This document shows, in pieces, positions 25,983 through 29,918 of a DNA stretch of 29,918 bases. The translations under genes and the position numbers were made by a program. Within the stretch, counting starts at the first letter, position 1. Every line of letters begins with the position of its first letter. The stretch is taken from positions 1 through 29,918 of IMG/VR virus record IMGVR_UViG_3300011339_000379, one strand, 5' to 3'. The notes beneath the pieces were generated by a model. The model had not been told where the DNA came from and ran no database searches. It saw nothing but the letters and a program-made list of their open reading frames with translations. This DNA comes from a virus. Taxonomy: Duplodnaviria; Caudoviricetes.

Positions 25983-28061
25983 TTAGCCCTCTAACTTGAA
26001 GATGCGGAAGAATGTGACCAGAGGAGAGCCGTAGCGGTTCTCCTTTGTTTCCACCATCACGTTGAAGCCGCCAGCGACATTCTTGCCCGTCGATGGGAAC
26101 AGCCCCAGCAAGAACGAACTCAAGTCAGCAGCGTCCGCCCGCATCTTCGATGCCTTCGAATACAAATTCGTGTCCTTCAGCGCCTCTTTCAGATGCTCGT
26201 GCATCCGCTTCAGCGGCACAACGCCCGTGCCGTAGGCCGCGACAGCGGCATAGAGCGGCTGATACATCATTTCGATCCGCAGCATCTCGCTTGCAGCATC
26301 CGCTGCCTCGTTCACTGACTTGGCCCCCGGAAGCAGCACAGGCGCTGTAATCTCGTAGCCCTGATTGCTGATGCCCAGTTTCTCAGTCACGATATCGAAC
26401 AGGAACGTCTTGTCGTCGTCGATAGACCGCGCCATCAGGATTTTCAGTTCGAGTTGGTCAGTCTCCTCGTTCTTGGTCAAAGTCAGCAGCGTGTCAGGTT
26501 CGGCCTGAATGTTGCTCGAACCGCGCGGCCCGCTGCCGTTCTTGGTGTTGTGGTGGATGATGACCACTGCTGCCTTGATGCCAGCGTCTTTGATCTTGGC
26601 GATGACATCGAACACCGCTGATGTGTCTTCCACGCTGTTCTGGTCGCCTCCGGGCATTGCCTTAGTCAGCGTGTCGATGACGATGACGCCGATGTGGTTC
26701 TCGCCCTTTTTCAGCCACCACGCATCCGCTGCCTTGATCTGCTCCACGAGATTAAGTCGCGCCGCTTCGTCCAGAAGATTGACGCTTTCTTCGACAGTGT
26801 AGAACGGAAACGTTTTCTCATCTGTGTATTTCTCGTCCGCTGGGTCGTGATACTTCTTCCACGCTACCAGACGTTTCCTGATCGCTGTCTGGCTTTCAAG
26901 AGCGAAATACAGCACGGGGCGGCGCTCTGTGACTGTCAGCGTGTCGTCGAAATTCAGCCCAGCAGCGATGTGCATAGCCAAGGTCTGACTGACCAGCGTC
27001 TTCCCTGCCTTGGGATCAGCAGAAATCAGCGTGACTTCGCTCGCATGGTAGATCGGGTGCATGATGAACTCCTCAGTCAGAACGTCTAGCTTTTCGTGGC
27101 CGAAATAGCCGCGCTTGCCCGCAAACGGAAAGTCGTCGCCGTAGGAAGCCGCTGTCACCACGGGCAACTGCGCGTTGTCGATCCGTGTGGCCGGAAACAT
27201 AGTCGCGGCCATTTCCTTCAGCCAGACAGGGGCGGCATCGCGCAGCCCGTCCGTCTTCGAGACTGTGTTGAACTTCGAGTGGCCGCTGCCGACGATGCGC
27301 GTCAACTCGCCGCTCTTGTCCGCCATGATAGGCTCCCAGCGGTCGTGCCGTGGGTGCTGCGGGTTGGCGGCGACTGAAGCGTTCATCAGCCCCAGCAGCG
27401 TGGCTTGCACAGACTCCATAGGCTCGCCAGCAGACGACATCTTGGCCGCAAGCTGGGTCAGACTGTCATGGAAGTCATCCCCCGTCAGGATGTTCTTCTT
27501 TAGCGCCTCTATGGGCGTGGCCGCTTGGGCTACCCTAGCAGAACGGAGATGGTCTAGGAGGCCCGTAGAGGCCGCTACAGCGCCTTCGCTGACTACAGTG
27601 TAACCCGGAGAGGGGGGAACGACGATGTAGCCCCCCTCGCCCTTTACCTCGACGCCCTTGGACGGCTTGCAGTTGGGGAACTCTGTGTCGGACGAGAAGA
27701 TGTAGTGCCGACCGCCGTTCCGTGTGGCGTGGACCCGTGTCTTGGGCATGAAGCCTGACTGCGTTAGCCAAGCGACATACTTCTTCGCCGCCTCGCCAGC
27801 CTCGCCGTCCTTGTAGGTATCGGCGTCGATGGCGAACAAGCCAGAGGCTTCTCCCATCCTTGCGCCGATACCATGCAGACGGCTACCAGCATCCAAAAAC
27901 ATTTGCCGGATGCGATCTGGATCAGTCGTAGCATCGTAGAAGCCATTCTGGGTCAGTGGCCGCTTGTCGTCGCCTGTCGGAAACACTGGGACGCCTAAGT
28001 CTGCCCAGTCCAGCGCAGCTTCGATCAAGTCAGCAGATGTGATGACTTGGTGCATATTCAT
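25983..28061 (-). CDS. Primase-polymerase (Prim-Pol) fused to an AAA_25/RepA-like helicase
   Basis: N-terminus VPVFP, KRPL, IDAD, TRNGGRHYIF, GGYIVVPPS; C-terminus Walker A ADPKAGKT, VLYFALE, Walker B IVIDTL, IIHH, GPRGSS. Confidence 0.9.
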   Translation of the reverse strand: MNMHQVITSADLIEAALDWADLGVPVFPTGDDKRPLTQNGFYDATTDPDRIRQMFLDAGSRLHGIGARMGEASGLFAIDADTYKDGEAGEAAKKYVAWLTQSGFMPKTRVHATRNGGRHYIFSSDTEFPNCKPSKGVEVKGEGGYIVVPPSPGYTVVSEGAVAASTGLLDHLRSARVAQAATPIEALKKNILTGDDFHDSLTQLAAKMSSAGEPMESVQATLLGLMNASVAANPQHPRHDRWEPIMADKSGELTRIVGSGHSKFNTVSKTDGLRDAAPVWLKEMAATMFPATRIDNAQLPVVTAASYGDDFPFAGKRGYFGHEKLDVLTEEFIMHPIYHASEVTLISADPKAGKTLVSQTLAMHIAAGLNFDDTLTVTERRPVLYFALESQTAIRKRLVAWKKYHDPADEKYTDEKTFPFYTVEESVNLLDEAARLNLVEQIKAADAWWLKKGENHIGVIVIDTLTKAMPGGDQNSVEDTSAVFDVIAKIKDAGIKAAVVIIHHNTKNGSGPRGSSNIQAEPDTLLTLTKNEETDQLELKILMARSIDDDKTFLFDIVTEKLGISNQGYEITAPVLLPGAKSVNEAADAASEMLRIEMMYQPLYAAVAAYGTGVVPLKRMHEHLKEALKDTNLYSKASKMRADAADLSSFLLGLFPSTGKNVAGGFNVMVETKENRYGSPLVTFFRIFKLEG

Positions 28062-28591
28062 TGCTTCGACCCAATGTCTTCCCAGTATTTTGCCAACAGC
28101 AGCGACTCAGCGCGGTTGTGGTCAAGTTTGCGGGCGAAATAGCCAGCATCGTCCGGCCACGTTTCGATGGCACGAAGCCGTGCTGGCTCCTTGGGGTTCT
28201 GGAGCGTGACAGGGAGTTTCATCGCTGGCTTCCAGACTGTCGGCGGCACTAGCTGGTAGGGTAGCTTCAGCCCAGCGCAGATGCCTTCCGTCAGGAACAT
28301 CGACCCGACAAACGGGACGCCAGCACTCAGGCTCTCGTTAGGGCGGATCGTGACGCGCTCAATCACGACCATCGGCTGATAGTTATACTCAGCAGCCAGC
28401 GCCTTCGCGGTCCGCAAGATCGTGGTGATAAGGGCGGCTTGGTTGATCCAAGAGGCGGTCTTGCGCCCTGCCTTGACGATCTGCACAGCGACTTGTTCGC
28501 CGCTGTAGCATTTGTATGGTTTGCCTTCCATCAGGATGCCGATAGTCAGCGGCGATCCGGGGTCAACTCCGATTGTAAACATAGTGGTCAC
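28058..28591 (-). CDS. RuvC-like Holliday junction resolvase
   Basis: IGVDPG, VVIERV, P..WK, DHNRAESLLLA; AAGGAG RBS. Confidence 0.85.
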   Translation of the reverse strand: MTTMFTIGVDPGSPLTIGILMEGKPYKCYSGEQVAVQIVKAGRKTASWINQAALITTILRTAKALAAEYNYQPMVVIERVTIRPNESLSAGVPFVGSMFLTEGICAGLKLPYQLVPPTVWKPAMKLPVTLQNPKEPARLRAIETWPDDAGYFARKLDHNRAESLLLAKYWEDIGSKQ

Positions 28592-28686
28592 TCCTTAGCA
28601 GAACTGTGATACTGATCTTTTTGTAGGCATCTGTGAAGCCACACAATATGGGGTGGTCAACCCCTAGCAGCCACAAGATGTAGTGT

Positions 28687-29918
28687 TTACGGCTTCGCCG
28701 CCCAAGATTGGCCGACTGCGCTTTCCGACAGATTGGCGGTTTCGGCGTTGGGGAAAATGTCCAGCCAAGCCTGACGCATCTCCTCCACCATGATTTCCCG
28801 CAGTTCTTCGCCATGCCCTGTCTCCGCCAGCATCAGCAATTCGTCGTGGATCGACGCCAGCATCCGCGACTTGAACGGCAGTTCGTAGACTTTGAAACTC
28901 ATGCGCGTGACGGCGCGATACATCACATCGGCGGCAGCGCCTTGGATGGGGTAGTTTGACGCCACGGGCATCGACCGCTCGTTCTTGTGAACGTAGACAG
29001 TGCGCCCAGACTTGATCGGCAGCAGCCCTGTGGCGTTCATCTGATCGAACATCTGGTAGCGCAGCGCATAGGCGTAGGGATACCGCGCCGCCCACTTATC
29101 GACGTATTCCGCCGCCTCTCCGTCAGAACAGCGCAGCACCATAGCCAGAGCGGCGTTGCCAGCGCCGTAGGTAAGCTGGAAGCTAAATGCCTTGGCCTTG
29201 GACCGCATCTCTTTAGCCCGTGGGTCTTTGGCCTTTAGGCGGGCCTTGAAGTCCTTGGGATCGACACGGAACAGCGTGATAGCTGATTCTGCGTGAACGT
29301 CCCCAAAGATCACATCCTGCTTTAGCTGTGGATCGTTGCTGACTTCCGCCAAGACGCGCAGTTCGATGCCGCTGTAGTCGGCCAGCACCATCTCTGTGTC
29401 CGGCGGGGCGATGAAGGACCGCCGCACCATAGGATTGCGCGGGATATTCTGAAGGTTTGGGTTCGATGACGAATAGCGGCCTGTGATGGCTTGGGCGATG
29501 TTGAAGCGCCCGTAGACGCGCCCTGCCAGCCTCTGCTTGTTCAGCAGCACTTCGCCGTAGGTGCTTAAGTATTTGTCTGCCCGATTGAAGACCATCAGCG
29601 CGGCGAGCCAGCGCGAGAATGGGTAGGGCGATCTGAAGGACGCCTGACGCAGTTGCTTGCGGTCAGTCTGGAGTTGCTCTGACTTATCAGTTTTCGGCCA
29701 CGCCTTTAGACTTGTCTCGTCCATGACAGTCTTGATGAAGTCAGAGAGTTGCTTTTTTGAGCGAAGGTTCGCAATCGTGTCTTCTGGGGTGTATTGGCGC
29801 AAGACCTTCTCAGCCACATCGCGGCGCAGCGACCACATCTTAATCAGACCGCTGTGATGCTCCTCGTCGATGCTCATGCCTGTGTCTTCCATCTCCGCCG
29901 TGCCGCGCCATGCGTCAT
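28687..29918 (-). CDS. polA: Family A DNA polymerase, N-terminus cut by the window edge
   Basis: TGRYSSSNPNLQNIPR, motif A VLADYSGIELR, motif B RSKAKAFSFQLTYG, NYPIQGAAAD, motif C IHDEL; the frame stays open upstream of ATG 29892 to the edge. Confidence 0.96.
   Translation of the reverse strand, partial: DAWRGTAEMEDTGMSIDEEHHSGLIKMWSLRRDVAEKVLRQYTPEDTIANLRSKKQLSDFIKTVMDETSLKAWPKTDKSEQLQTDRKQLRQASFRSPYPFSRWLAALMVFNRADKYLSTYGEVLLNKQRLAGRVYGRFNIAQAITGRYSSSNPNLQNIPRNPMVRRSFIAPPDTEMVLADYSGIELRVLAEVSNDPQLKQDVIFGDVHAESAITLFRVDPKDFKARLKAKDPRAKEMRSKAKAFSFQLTYGAGNAALAMVLRCSDGEAAEYVDKWAARYPYAYALRYQMFDQMNATGLLPIKSGRTVYVHKNERSMPVASNYPIQGAAADVMYRAVTRMSFKVYELPFKSRMLASIHDELLMLAETGHGEELREIMVEEMRQAWLDIFPNAETANLSESAVGQSWAAKP

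Noticed and set aside
1-29918. Stop-codon recoding, introns/inteins, integrase, tRNA or RNA polymerase genes
   Set aside because: All three stop codons end genes normally, core genes are uninterrupted, and I recognised none of these elements in this window.

Overview
About 30 kb of a tailed dsDNA phage with podovirus-like organisation (no tape-measure or sheath gene; ejection proteins follow a tail-hub gene). Left to right: (i) the 5' part of a leftward gene (1-362); (ii) a 1.34 kb non-coding divergent control region (363-1699) dense with repeats, palindromes and hairpins; (iii) a rightward packaging and virion module (putative TerS, four small proteins, TerL, portal, scaffold, major capsid, adaptor, tail fibres, an embedded lysis cassette with a GH19 endolysin, tail hub, ejection proteins including one with a lysozyme domain); (iv) a convergent leftward replication module (family A DNA polymerase cut by the window end, RuvC-like resolvase, primase-polymerase/helicase fusion). 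The strongest unexplained signal is the hexamer AGTCAG/CTGACT: about 120 copies by hand count against roughly 14 expected, on both strands in genes, and in a one-orientation, 10-11 bp phased cluster in the control region. That region also has a helically phased TAGGC-N3-GCCTA array, a duplicated two-hairpin element with conserved loops but changed stems, and IHF-like sites. A candidate small RNA with an anti-Shine-Dalgarno loop follows the putative terS. Product calls rest on motif recognition and gene order only. No database search was run, and counts are manual.
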